A stretch of DNA of 64,000 bases, from NCBI GenBank assembly GCA_001938485.1, contig MQRK01213447.1, positions 1 through 64,000 on the forward strand. The letters are read 5' to 3'. Position 1 is the first letter of the stretch. Each line of letters begins with the position of its first letter. The DNA is from Girardia tigrina (taxonomy: Eukaryota). Shown one piece after another: positions 1 through 12,230 of the stretch. The notes beneath the pieces are model-generated. The model ran no database searches. It was not told the DNA's origin and saw only the letters and a program-made list of their open reading frames with translations. A program made the translations under genes and the position numbers.

Positions 1-98
1 AATGGACTTTATTTCGAATCATAATCTTTATTGTGCGTTGTTTTATGAACATTTTAATTTTTAATAAAAAGTGCCCCACAACTTATGACTCACCCTAA
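1..98 (+). mobile_element. 3' end of a mariner element (transposase C-terminus plus right TIR), cut by the window edge
   Basis: Window opens with NGLYFES*, a typical mariner C-terminus. It ends in ...acttatgactcaccctaa followed by TA, the same terminus as the right TIR of the mariner at 19321-20468. Confidence 0.75.
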
Positions 99-471
99 TA
101 TATATATATATATATATATGAAACAAAAGTGGAAATATAAGCCGAAAAATACAAAGAAGAGTTCCAGAGCTGACTTCAGTTTCCCTTGGGTCGTATCCAT
201 TAGAAATTGCGACAGAGAAACTAAGCTGAAAGATTTAGGTATGGAGTGCCGGTTTATTTGGCTGCGGTCGAGGTGTTGCAGTTTACGAGCAATGCCGCAA
301 GACGAGAACGTAAAACGCCCCTTATTAGGGTCATAAATTATGATTTGTGGTGGTCGTTCCACAATGTCGGAGAACGAGAGATGACCGTCGATATCCACGG
401 AAATTGTTTTTAATTTTAATTTTTTAATTTAATTTAAAAAAGATTTAAAAAGATTTAATTTAAAGATTTGA

Positions 472-473
<2 letters not shown>

Positions 474-520
<47 letters not shown>
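474..520. repeat. (TA)n microsatellite at the 3' end of the PLE
   Basis: TA dinucleotide run read directly from the sequence. Confidence 0.95.
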
Positions 521-523
<3 letters not shown>

Positions 524-594
524 CAAAAAATTAAAAAAAAATAATGGTAAATTATGTTTAAAAACAAAAACACGCCATTTGTTAAATTTATTTT

Positions 595-641
595 TTACGA
601 CAGTTAATTTCGACGGTATAACCGTCATCGTCAGGTCTCAA
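595..641 (-). ncRNA. Minimal type I hammerhead ribozyme motif in the PLE 3' UTR (U16.1 mutated to C)
   Basis: Minus strand reads TTGAGAC-CTGACGA-T-GACGG-TTATA-CCGTC-GAAA-TTAAC-T-GTCGTAA: CUGANGA and GAAA core boxes, 5-bp stem II, short stem I. Confidence 0.8.
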
Positions 642-708
642 GAAAGAAATGAATTTTAAATCTGCTTATATAGGCAAGCCGTGATTATGTCATCAATGGA
701 TTATTATA

Positions 709-3077
709 TCATCTAAACACGCTTAATAGGGTGTTCGAGAGACCCGTTTGCACATTAATCTTAGGAACTAAAGATCTGATATAAAGTGCTTCACTGGCCA
801 CCCTCTCCCAATAGTTTTTAAAACGAGAACACAGAATTTTAAAATCATTTATGTTTATGTTTTCATTCAACTTACAACCCTTTCTGTGTTCTGCAATATT
901 ACTCCCACCTACATTCCGACCATATTCTTGGATTCTCCTACAAAGATGACGGGACATCTCTCCAATGTATATGGAATTACACCCATTACATGTAAATTGA
1001 TATACGAGATCCGAACATAATCCAAATGGGGTTGGAGATTTATTACAAAACACATTTTGGATTTTATATGTTTGTGATATTATTTTTAAATTAAAGGCAT
1101 TATTTACGCATTTTAAAATTGAACGTTTAAATTGACCAAATCCCTCTGAATATGGAATGCTTTAAACATATTTTAAAGTTGTTGAGTCTTCTTTATCATT
1201 TATAATCGGTTTATCAATTAATATATCAATTGTTTCTTTGGTCAATTTCTCAACAATTGATTTTGAATAACCATTTTTATTCAATAATTTTGTTAATTGA
1301 TTAATGCTATCACAACTTTTTGTATAAGTTGATGATAATGACCAAGATCGAAAAATTAGTACTCTAATCATATTATATTTGTAACAAGATTCACAAAAAC
1401 TGTTTGGCGTTGTATATAACCCAGTATCAGTTTTCTTTCTGTGAATCTCAGTCTCATAAACATCTCTTTTCCTTTCAATCAGTAAATCTAGGAAAGATAA
1501 TTTACCATTATTCTCTGTTTCTGTTGTAAACTTAATATTTGGATGCAAAGAATTTAAGTATCCTAAATATGGATCTATGTCAGTTTGATTATCGAAAATA
1601 AGAAAAACGTCATCAACATAGCGTTTATACGCTAGAGGTTTTTGACCCGGAAAAAAATCGATCTTATCTTCAATACTTGACAAAAATATTGAAGCGAGTG
1701 TTGGAGCTAAAGGAGAACCCATTGCTACACCATCAACCTGTTTATTCCACTCATTATTAAAAAGAAAATGAATATTAGAAGTGGCAAAACATAACAATTC
1801 ACGAAATGCAACTTCGTCGATAAGATGGTGTTCACCAACATTATCTTTCCAAAGATTGCAACATAAATCAATCGTTTCCCTCAGAGNNNNNNNNNNNNNN
1901 NNNNNNNNNNNNNCAAAAGAAACCATAATTTCATTTTTGTTACTAATCTTATAATTTGAAATAAAGTCAACAAATTCAAAACTGTCTAAACAATTAAAAC
2001 CCTTTTTCAGAAGTGGCTTTAATTTACCATCAAGATATTTCGCTACTTCATATTGAGATGTATTAACCATAGATAATACGGGACGCAAAGGAATGCCATC
2101 TTTGTGAACTTTTGGAAGTCCATAAAGTTTAGCTGGTTGAGAACCAACTGCTTTTAAACTATTACCTAAATTTTTATTAATATTTTTATTTTCAATTAAA
2201 TTTGATAATAACGACGACAAATATTCATCACCTTTTAAAGTGGGCAATTTTCCATTTTTCCTAAATTTACTAACTTTATTAAATTGCGGACAATTTAAAA
2301 CTTTTTCCATTTTATCAAAATAATCACAATTATTCATTACAACAAGTCCATTCCCTTTATCAAATTTACATATCTTTACATTCTTTTTTGATAATTTTTT
2401 TAAAATTAAAAAATCTTTATTACATTGTTCTTTATTTTTTTCCAAATATACATTCGTACTATTATTTAAAACGTGTTTTCAAATATCAAAATCCACGCTT
2501 TTAAATAATTTAGCATGATTTAATGTCAAAAATTGGAACATTGATTCAATTTTAGATTGAATTTTAAATTTATTTAACCTAGTTCTAATTCCATGTTTAG
2601 GACCAAATTTCAATAAATTAATCTCTTCGTCTGATAATTCTACATTACTTAAATTTAAGACTGTATCTTTAACATTAAATTCAAAAACACCAAATAATTT
2701 TCTTAAAGTTTTCAGTTTTTTGATCTGTGTCTCAATTTTGTTACGAGAGATTTTATTAGCATGATAATCAAAGAAAATATTACACCAATGAAAACACAAA
2801 TCACTACTTACATTATACAATGCAGATCTAACAATAGTAAGTCGTTTCACAATTTCTATTCTTCGTTTCTTCTCTGTCTCCAGCATTCTCCTTAGGATCT
2901 TCCGATGAATTTTGCGAATATCTTCTTTCTGTAAGCATTCATGCAATTTTCTTTTAAGATAAATGAGGGGATAATATTCTCGGCAACACAGGAAGCCAAA
3001 AAATATATATCCAATTCCTTTCTTCGTAACGAACAAACTAATTTCAGATATTTCTTGAATGTAACCAGCGCATCATA
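709..3077 (-). pseudogene. PLE RT / GIY-YIG polyprotein, disrupted
   Basis: ORFs 2479-3036, 1162-2445 and 709-1053 share one frame and are separated only by single stops (TGA at 2479-2481, TAA at 1162-1164). One frameshift near 2960 links to the upstream frame. Confidence 0.9.
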
Positions 3078-3340
3078 TATATATANNNNNNNNNNNNNNN
3101 NNNNNNNNNNNNNNNNNNNNNNNNNNNNNNNNNNNTATAAGCCATATTTAGTAATAAACATCCAAATGTTAAATTCGCTATCGAAATCTGAAATTTCACT
3201 CTTAATTGAAAGCGACTGTATGTAATTTACAATCAAGTTCCCAAAATTTTATATTAACTGGAAGCGACAGTAGTTTATCATCCTCCACCTTCCTACATTT
3301 TTGTGAAAAGAAGAAACTGTAATGCATTGTCTATCCTCAC

Positions 3341-3916
3341 GTCCTTAGTTACCGTGGTTACCATGACAACGGTCGCGATCACCTTATCAACGCTTCTGAT
3401 TGGTTCCTTAGCCTATGCAGCAACGGTTCCGGTTCACTTAGCTTAGGTAGAAACGCTTCTGATTGGTTCCCGCTTCCTTAACAACGGTTCCGGTTACCTT
3501 ATCAACGCTTCTGATTGGTTCCTTGGTTCCCTAGCCATAGGCAGCAACGGTCACGATACCCTATCAACGCTTCTGATTGGTTCTTGGTTCCCTAGCCATA
3601 GGCAGCAACGGTCACGGCTACGATAGCCTAGGCAGCAATGGTTCCAGTTCACTTGTGGTCGATCGCCCCCACAATGGTTCACTTGGAAACGCCCCCGCAA
3701 TGGTGGGGCCGAACATACAGCAACAGTGGGGGCGAACGCCCTTAAAATGGTGGGGCCGAACGCCACCGCATGGTGATGGTAACCAAGGTCATGGTTACCA
3801 TAGTAACGGTAACCAAGGGACTTTTTTCATTAGCAACAGATACAGTGATCCAAGGTGGTTGTAACCATGGTTACGGTTCCCGTATCCATAACAACCGTCA
3901 CCCTGTAACTAAGGAC
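3341..3916. promoter_or_regulatory. GC-rich cassette with RFX X-box-like, CTGATTGG (Y-box) and GC-box repeats, bounded by 12-bp inverted repeats
   Basis: GTCCTTAGTTAC at 3341 and GTAACTAAGGAC at 3905-3916. X-box matches GTTACCATGACAAC (3357), GTTACCATAGTAAC (3794), GTATCCATAACAAC (3882), plus palindrome GTAACCATGGTTAC (3861). Four copies of AACGCTTCTGATTGGTTC (CTGATTGG at 3396, 3459, 3511, 3573). Regulatory function is inferred. Confidence 0.5.
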
Positions 3917-4209
3917 CGTAGAAAAAAGTGCTAATCGATCACTGCCCAGTGCTCAGAGGTGCTAGGGAATATTTTGAAAGTTCTAATCGATAGTGCACAT
4001 TTTGCCACACATTTCTAATGTGCTAGCACAGTACTTTTTCAGTTGCACATGAGCAAAAGTGTAAAAATCAATACATAAAATTTTTAAAAGTACCAATTTC
4101 AAAAATCTGTATCATGTATTTAATGCACATTTTGATTCTCTATTTGAATGTGCAAATCAAATTTTCATATATTGATTACTTTTCTCTATAATAAGCATAA
4201 TGTGTAAAT

Positions 4210-4518
4210 TTACACAAATTGCACATTGATTTTAAAGGTACAAGGAAGTAGAATATCAAAAAAGTGATCATGCATTTGAATAGTAACCCACATACGTACA
4301 TTCAGATTCAACATCAACAATTTCAAAAAAGTGCTGATAAATCGATTTTTTCGAACATTTTTGAAATTCTCGAAAAAGTGCTCAAAATCCATATTTTCGT
4401 ATATATCTGAAACCTCAATGATATATGTATGTTGTTTACCATCAAACAATACCTCATGAATCTCGTAATGTACACAAGTATAATCACAAGTACCATGGTT
4501 ACCGTAACCAAGATACAT
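4210..4518 (-). pseudogene. Orphan intronless ORF fragment, possibly Polinton or virus derived
   Basis: 102-aa ORF (YEIHEVLFDGKQHTYIIEVSDIYENMDFEHFFENFKN...) with GGTTACGGTAACC motifs at and upstream of its 5' end. Only a loose resemblance to Polinton polymerase N-termini. Confidence 0.25.
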
Positions 4519-4663
4519 AACATTTTATTTTATATGTAAAATCTACATGTAAAAACTTCTGTTATCCTTCAGACATGTATCAACACTATACAAAACATCT
4601 ACATTACCTTAGTCATTAACCACCAAAAGTACCTAGGTTACCGTAACCATTATACATAACATT

Positions 4664-4719
<56 letters not shown>

Positions 4720-6100
4720 TAACTATTGTTATCTTCAATCAGACCCAATTTCTGTTCAGTGTGATCTTACATTCAATTTCGTTTTTTTCCTTCTGTTATA
4801 GTTACAAATAAAGTTTTCGTTATGAAAAAACTTGGTTTTTTTGTTTTAGTATTGGTTACAAAACAAGTTCATTGAACATTCCAAGTTCAGTTAGCTCGTT
4901 TTGTTTTTAATTAATAATTTTTTTAGCGGGAATATCGTAGAATTAATTGAAAAGGGGATATATATGAATAAAAGTGAGAAACATTTAAAAATGTTTGCCG
5001 TCCTTTGAGAAAAATTGCAAAAAAAATTGCCGCCCTTAAAGGGTTAATAAAAAGTATCTATTTATATAAATAAAATTAAAATCACCTATTCTATTAACTT
5101 AAATAAAAAAAATTTTGAATTCATTATTTTTTGTTTTAATTCTGTTTCCTTCAATTTTTTCACGTGAAAGTGAAAATCAAAGAATAATTCCTGATTTATG
5201 AGTGAACCGACTTATATTTCTGAAATATGGAGTATTTTGTATTTAACGTTAAAAAAGATTTTTTCAATTATTTTACTGATAAGTTATTTACAATTAATAA
5301 ATATGTAAAGAATAATAAATATTTAAATATTTTAGTAATTTTAAAATAATAATAATATTAATAAAAAAATATTTGTTTCTGACCATATAAAAATAATTTT
5401 TATTTATTTTAGTATATTTTTTCTAATAATATTATTAGTATTATTATTTTTAATGTACGTTTGCATTCTTTTTTGAACATATTGCAAAATATAGTAAAGG
5501 ATTACGCTGCACGAGAGCATTTAATTAATGTATTTTATTATTCTAGTACAAAGACTTAAAATAAAGTAAATAAAAGGTTAACCTAAATTTACAATATTTT
5601 AAAATATGCTGAGTTTATTTAGATAAAAGAAATTAAAATGCATTCAGTTTAAGTTTATTACTAATTGAAGAAATTTTAAAAATTTTTTTCATAATTTAAT
5701 TTCATAATTATTATATAAATTCAATGTTTAAGTTGCTGAAGAATTTTTTTGTAATTTGACACTGACATACATTCTGACCTTCTACATTAAAGTTATCAAG
5801 ACTCGCTGGTGCCACTGTAAGACCTTTCTTCCAGTTGTCGAGTAAAAGGATACTGTTAATCGTCTTTTGTCCTCATAAAATATAACTCAGTATATCTATA
5901 AAAAATAATTTTAATACAAAAATAAATTCACTTATGGAAAATGATGCTAAATTTGGGGACAGAAAGTTCATGTATTATAGAAATAGTAAACAAATGTTAT
6001 GGAATATTAAAACATAACCTAAAAAAATATTCCCTTAAAATAAATTATTTATACAACTAACACTAAAACTTACAAATATTAAATGTTAATTAAGACCCAG

Positions 6101-6516
6101 ACTTTTCTGTGGCGACAAAAATAAAATTCTGCGACCCTGTTGTAAATATTCCGCGATTTTTCCGCGATTTCTTCAAAAAACTCAGTAAAAAAGTTTTGAT
6201 GTGAAGTATGAATCTATCTCTATTTACAGATTTTTAAACATCACTGAAGCTAATGCAATACCGTTTACAAGAGTTGTTATGTAAAAAAGTCAATAATTCC
6301 AAAGGCAAAACTGTTATTTTCATGAATCTAGTCTTTCGACTCTTTGCTGATTCAGCACTGCAGAGTTATTAATAATAACGTATTATGTATTTTTCTCTGA
6401 GATTTTGTGCATTATTTGTTTTTCCGCGAATGTATTTAAATCTGCGATTTTTCCTCGATTTCGCGGAATATTTACAACAGGGTCGCGGAATATCATTTTT
6501 ATCGCCACAGAAAAGT
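6101..6516. mobile_element. MITE with roughly 55-bp terminal inverted repeats
   Basis: ACTTTTCTGTGGCGACAAAAATAAAATTCTGCGACCCTGTTGTAAATATTCCGCGA at 6101 is mirrored by TCGCGGAATATTTACAACAGGGTCGCGGAATATCATTTTTATCGCCACAGAAAAGT ending at 6516. No ORF inside. Confidence 0.8.
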
Positions 6517-9500
6517 TAATGATAATTGATGAAGATGGAATACGAAATTGAAAACATATTCAATTATCAATTTCTTAGAAAAGCTTTAACAAAATTTTTT
6601 TTCAAATGTATCAAACAGTATCACACAAGACTCTTTATATATATATATACATAAAATTATTTTTTTTCACTTTTAATAATCTTCATATAATTATTAATTT
6701 ATCATAAATTAATGAATTTTGATTAGATTTCCAAATCCTGCTCTTTTTTGTCATCTTTGTAATAAAGAAGATTAAGACAATAATTCCTGAACACTCCATG
6801 TGACTAGACAGTGTCTAATTAAATGATTTTGACGCAAAATGATACTTAATCATTGTAGCAATTCACGCAATATAATTCTCATTGAATCCCCCAGACATAC
6901 TTCGTTAAGAATATTTTAATATTATATTCGTGTAGTTCCAACTTTCTCTTTTAATCTTATTTTAAATAATAAAACTATTCCTTTTCTGATATGGTATTAT
7001 TATTAATATTGTTGTTAGTAATAATTTAAATATTTCATTTTTTATTTTTATTAGTTATAAAAATTTCTGTTTAGAAATGTCAATGTAATGGTCGGATTTA
7101 TTAGATTTCTTCTATTGTTTTTGGATTATAGCGACATCAATCACTACGTGGTTTTTCTACACATGTTTTAGATATTTAACTATTTAAAGTTTCAATTTAA
7201 AATTTAATACCCTTTGTGATACCTTTTCATTGTAAACGGATTGTGTTTGAGGTAATAATTTAAAGAGATTTATTTTATTTGCGTATGTAATTTTTATTTT
7301 TTTGACAACCCGTGGGTGCGGGGGTTTGTTTTTTTTGTTATTATGTGATTTGTGGTTTTGTCTGTATTATTATTTTTTATTACCAGTGCCGTATTATTAT
7401 TTTTTATCATTTTTTTATTCATGTTTTTTTTCGCCAAATTTTCGCCAGTTTTCTTTAATAATACATTGGCATTTTTATTTAATAATACAATTCAAATTTC
7501 AATTTGCCATAGCGAATTGAAATTTGAATTGTAATCGATTGAAAATTATCATTAATATAATTATTTTGTCAAAGGATTGGGGTTTTTTATGATTTTTATT
7601 TTGACGATGTTATTGACAAAGAAATATATTTAATCCACCGTTTTGGCGAAACATTATAACTCGACAAGGTCCAATACAATTGTTATCATTGAGAAGAAAA
7701 GAAAATAAAGACAATAATTACTTTTTGGAAGCTCAGTGATTGCTGTCATTTATTTCAAAGTATCTATTTGTAATTTGTTTTTTTTGAACGTTGTGAATCC
7801 GTCAGTTGTCGTTAATCAATAATAATTAATCAATACTTTAAAAAAACATTCTTTAATTCAATCATTTTTTTCGTAGGACTGTGAAGTTCATTTAACGCGA
7901 TAATTAAGTTAGCTTCACAATTCATATAATATAAAGAATAATTCATTTGTCCTCAAGGTGGACTAAATAAGTGAATTATTATTATTGATTTAGTAGAGAT
8001 AGTGAATTCTTTACTTCATAGGATTCATTATCTTTACACCATTTATACATTATTGTAGTAGGTCCTCTTCAAACAAGATTTTTGTTTTAACAGGTCAACA
8101 GTACAAATCCTGTTGCATCAGTATTATTATTGAACAAGTACCGGGTGTTGTGAAAGTCTTGTCAATGCAATTTGACACTAGATTTAATGAACTTAAACTG
8201 ATATGTAGCAATTTATTTATATTTGGTTTATAGATTATAAGTATTGACATTCTTTTTAAATCAATCTTTGGAATTTAGAAATCTGTATGTGAACGCATGG
8301 CAGTAAGAGTATTGTGATGATTGAGAGAACTTTGATAACCAATGCGATGAAGCGCAATCACTTTGAACAGTGTCAGGTCTTTTGAAGGACATCTTGTTTA
8401 CAAAGACGAACAAACTTTCACAGTGAATTCATCATTGAACCGTCGCAATAACTGTGTCATTAGCTTAGGGATTATTTGACATCATTGACATATGAACAAA
8501 TCATCCCTCTAGCATAATGCTACTGAGTGTGGTGGCAGCAAATGAAAAAGTCAGTCCCCAGTGTCCTTCCCTTCTGATTACAGACTGAATGGCACAGATT
8601 ACCAACAAGCTCCGAGCCAAACTGTAAAATACACATAAAATTAGATAAAATGATATAATTTTAATTATACTTTCCTCAGTAACTTTTTGTACAACGTTGA
8701 TATCTATTGCCCTTCTGTACTTTTGATGTCATATTTACGATGCCTTCTCTTAATAAAATCATTCAGGAATGGAAGAAGAATTGTGAAGTTAATATTATTA
8801 TGAAATGGTTTCATAAAATTAAAAATCGGTTCTATGTGAACTTTGTCTTTGAAAAAGAAAAAATGGGAAAATGGAATGGAAATGTTATTACTCCATGTAG
8901 AGAAGATGACATTTGATTTTTATTTGATTCAATATTTTTGTAAATTTATATCACTCAAATTATACAAATTGTTGACAGCAATCATTGAATATTTAATTCT
9001 TAAGGTTACTTTATCATATTTTGGGAATAATATTTTTTCAATTTTTATATAACCTTCTATTCGACATGTTTTTTGAAATAAAACTGATTTCCAAATCGGT
9101 TAGAGATTCCAGTGATTTCTAATTTCTAATAATTTTTAATTTGATAAAAAAATCTTAGTTTTAAGTATTTGAAAATTCGTGTAACAAGTTCTCTGTCAAA
9201 TTAATAAACAATATCTTATGAAACTGTTAACTTATAAACAAATGTCTTAAAAATAAACGTCTTAATGATGAATCCAGACATCCGTATTGCAAATGTTCTA
9301 ACATCCTGCCCTAGCACGCGTCTCTTGGTCGCGTCTCTTTCTAGACTAATGTAGCGTAAGCGCAAAAATTAGTTTGTAAAGCAGGACAACAAGTCTAACA
9401 TTTAATAATATAAAATCTAAAGTTTTATCGAATCTCCATAAAAACCCTTGATAACGGATTCTTCAAATTTAAAAATATATCAAATTGAAAATATTATTTT

Positions 9501-10279
9501 AATAAAAATGTTATATTAATTAAAATAATTTTATATTATATTAAAACTTTATATTTTAATAATATTTTTTCTTACAATAACTTATTTTTAAAACTAATAG
9601 TACACTTGACATTTTCGAGTCTCGCTAGAAATTATTTTACTTCTTATAAGTGCATATAATGCATCACAAATATAATATATAATAATATCTAGATATTAGT
9701 AGGGATAAAACGTCTTTTTTTAACTTTTTAGAACTAGCATAACATGATTTGTAAAATAGATTATTTAGCCTTAACGATAAAAATAAAATAAATATTATAA
9801 ATAGTACGTATATTTTTCAATTTATCTCAAAGATTATAACTGGTAATAATTATTATTCTTAAACTTTTCAGGAATCGATTACAGTTGTGAACAATTGAAC
9901 ATTATTATCAAATATTTATCATATATATATTTTTATCACAAAATCAAAAAGGCTTTCTTTACAATTCAGAACATTGCTTGAAAATAACAATGTTATGAGT
10001 TTTATGAACTGTTAAATTATCTGACAGGAAATTGTCGTATTCTCGATGTATATAAGGATGTAAATTTGCAAAAGATTGTTTCTAAGAATTTTTTTATGTG
10101 AATATCTGTGAATGCCTTTTGCTGAAATATTTTTTAATAATATTTATTATGAATACAAATTAAATATCATTATGCATATTATTTGATAGAAATTTGAAGC
10201 TTATTAACGTAAATTAAAGTTTATTAAATAAAATCCTCATATTATTAAAGTGTAAAGTGAACTAAAATCATTAAATGGT

Positions 10280-10410
10280 GCATTAATTAAGCAAACCCTT
10301 AATAAATTAAATCGCGAAAAAATAATATGCCGATAGTACTGAGAATTATCCTAAAGACAATTGAAGCTGTGATCAAAATAAATGGGGGCAATCATATTGG
10401 TGTTCTTAAT
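10280..10410 (+). pseudogene. Tc1-like transposase C-terminal relic
   Basis: Translates to LKTIEAVIKINGG, matching the Tc1 C-terminal R.EAVIK..GG motif. Confidence 0.4.
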
Positions 10411-10783
10411 ATATTTAATGAAGTCTATGATGATATTGATTGATAAACATTTTTAAAAATAAGATTAGTAATTGAACTAGTAAATCAAAAAATTAAATTT
10501 TTATATCCTTTCTTTATGCAGACAGAACTCTACTTTGCCAACAAATTTTTAATTAAAATAAATAATATAAACTACTTATAATTTATAAGTAGATCTTTTT
10601 CCGATTAATATTGTTCTGTAACTCCGAATTTTCCGTTTTTTCCCATTTTGGGACCTTAAAAAGTTTTTTCGATCAAATTTGTACATAATCATTTATTGTG
10701 ATCGAGAATGAGTAAATGTGCAAAGTTTGAAGAAAATAATTAAGTAAAATGCCTTCAAAAATAAGTTTCTAAATTGTATGGAT

Positions 10784-10820
<37 letters not shown>

Positions 10821-10823
<3 letters not shown>

Positions 10824-11120
10824 GAAAACATGTTTCGCCACTTTTGTGGCATCTTCAGTTCTGTATTTAATTAGAAAGTTATTGTTTATATAGAAAGATG
10901 ATCATTACGTCACAGTGTGTTACGTCAAAATACTCTAATATGATTGGTCGAATCACTTTGCACATTTAAACTAGGTTTACAAAATTTTATTAAGAGTGCT
11001 TCAGTAATTGCCTTTCATAATTTGCAAAGTGATTCGTCCAATCATAGTAGAGTATTTTGACGAAACACACTGTGAAGTAATGGTCATCTTTCTATATAAA
11101 CAATAACTTTCAAAGTAAAT
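10821..11120 (-). mobile_element. Severely 5'-truncated PLE (GIY-YIG tail, promoter and hammerhead) with an inverted 5' duplicate, between TA repeats
   Basis: Minus strand near 10955-11015 encodes AITEALLIKFCKPSLNVQ (GIY-YIG C-terminus). About 100-bp inverted arms lie at 10871-10965 and 11020-11113. Confidence 0.8.
10822..10863 (-). ncRNA. Minimal hammerhead ribozyme, intact core
   Basis: Minus strand reads CAGAA-CTGAAGA-T-GCCAC-AAAA-GTGGC-GAAA-CATG-TT-TTCG. Stem III region is palindromic (AACATGTT) and the cleavage triplet is GUU. Confidence 0.85.
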
Positions 11121-11919
11121 AAATATATATATATGTGCGTGTGTAAATGTATATAAAAATTATTAAGGATATAATTCTATTTTCAGAACTTTAATAATAA
11201 GTTAAACAATAACTTAATTTTAATAATAATTTTGAACAAAAATTAATAAATCAAACGTAGATTATTTTTAATTAAATTGTCTCAACTAAATTCTTTTATT
11301 AAAAATTTGCACCCAGAAAAAATATTTTGTCGATATATTAATTTAAAAAAACGAATTAAAACTTAATTAGACAATTTAATTTTGTTAAAGTTAATAAAAT
11401 GTAATTAAAAAGTTAATATCAATATTTTCATTATATCATATGGAATTAAATATAAATTTATTCAACTCAGTATGGAAAATTAATTGAAATATCTTTTCAA
11501 AATATTCAATTTTATAATTTGATTTAAGAATGAATATTTATTTTTTTTGATTTTTGTTGATAATTAAGAAGAATTTTTTTTAATTAGAAAATTTGGATTT
11601 TCAAAGTAGGAATAAAAGTTTATTGTTTTCGGTACCGAAAAAGACTTGTTTCAGTGAAGTTATATAGATATACCAAAAGTAGATATAAGAGTCGATTCTA
11701 ATCTCGACTCAGTACAAAAATTATTATAATGTGTAAAACAGTATTTAAAAAAATAAAATAAAATAAAAAAAAACAGTACTTAAATACTTAAAAAACATTA
11801 CTTTTATCAGCGGTCGATTATGGAAAGCTTTTTCAAAGAAATTTATTGAAAAATTCACGAAAATTTTTGATCAAATTGTCTCTGTTGTCAACCTTAATGT
11901 TATGTAAAGGCTTCTTAAG

Positions 11920-12230
11920 ATATTGAAACATAGGTCTGGCTCTAGGGTGAATGATGCAATAAAGAGAATACTATTTACAAAATTGCCTGTCTTGGGATGG
12001 TGTATTTTCTTACAATAGCCATAAAGGTGTTTCGATCTTTGCGTCTGCTCTGTCTGGCAGCTGTTCCAAGGTTATTATAGTATACTGCTTTGATAGTGCT
12101 GCCTTTCTCAGAGAAATCCAATTTTCTCACACTATTTCTGTCTTAAAACACTGTCAGCATTGATTATATTTGATGTGTTATTCCTGATCTGAGTTCGTTT
12201 GACGGCCGCTAATTTGGAAGTTTTTATTCC
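11920..12230 (-). pseudogene. Possible RTE-clade LINE 3' relic
   Basis: Degenerate minus-strand peptides TIPRQAIL and HPRARP resemble the RTE C-terminal IPR.AL...RGRP motif. Confidence 0.25.

Larger units (their letters stand above)
521..3077 (-). mobile_element. Penelope-like retroelement (EN+, C-terminal GIY-YIG), 5' end lost in a TA repeat and N gap
   Basis: Minus-strand ORF segments give the PLE N-terminus (DIYFLASC..ENIIPSF; VLNLSNVELSDEEINLLKFG), RT motifs (DKGNGLVVMN, KLYGLPKVHK, PLRPVLS, GVAMGSPLAPTLASIF, RYVDD, HPNIKFT, LSFLD) and GIY-YIG (VYQFTCNGC..YIGEMSRHL; EALYI..PKINVQ). The 3' UTR has a TATA box, a hammerhead motif and AATAAA. Confidence 0.95.

Noticed and set aside
3380-3640. 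CRISPR-like repeat/spacer pattern
   Set aside because: Eukaryotic context, the intervening segments resemble each other, and there are no cas genes. It is a minisatellite-like array.
3577-3864. 95-aa G/N/H-rich ORF (GSNGHG repeats)
   Set aside because: A by-product of the nucleotide repeats in the X-box cassette, with no independent coding evidence.
5028-5046. Lone piggyBac-like ends (also near 17568 and 37770)
   Set aside because: No matching opposite terminus was found, so no element can be delimited.
5771-5895. Candidate minus-strand exon with good splice sites
   Set aside because: All three frames contain stops between the best acceptor and donor.
7302-7534. Short F/L/I/Y-rich ORFs here and throughout the window
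   Set aside because: Expected by chance in T-rich low-complexity DNA, with no recognisable motifs.
8100-8625. Minus-strand coding-like patch, briefly resembling a PIF1 helicase motif
   Set aside because: The similarity does not extend and every frame has multiple stops.
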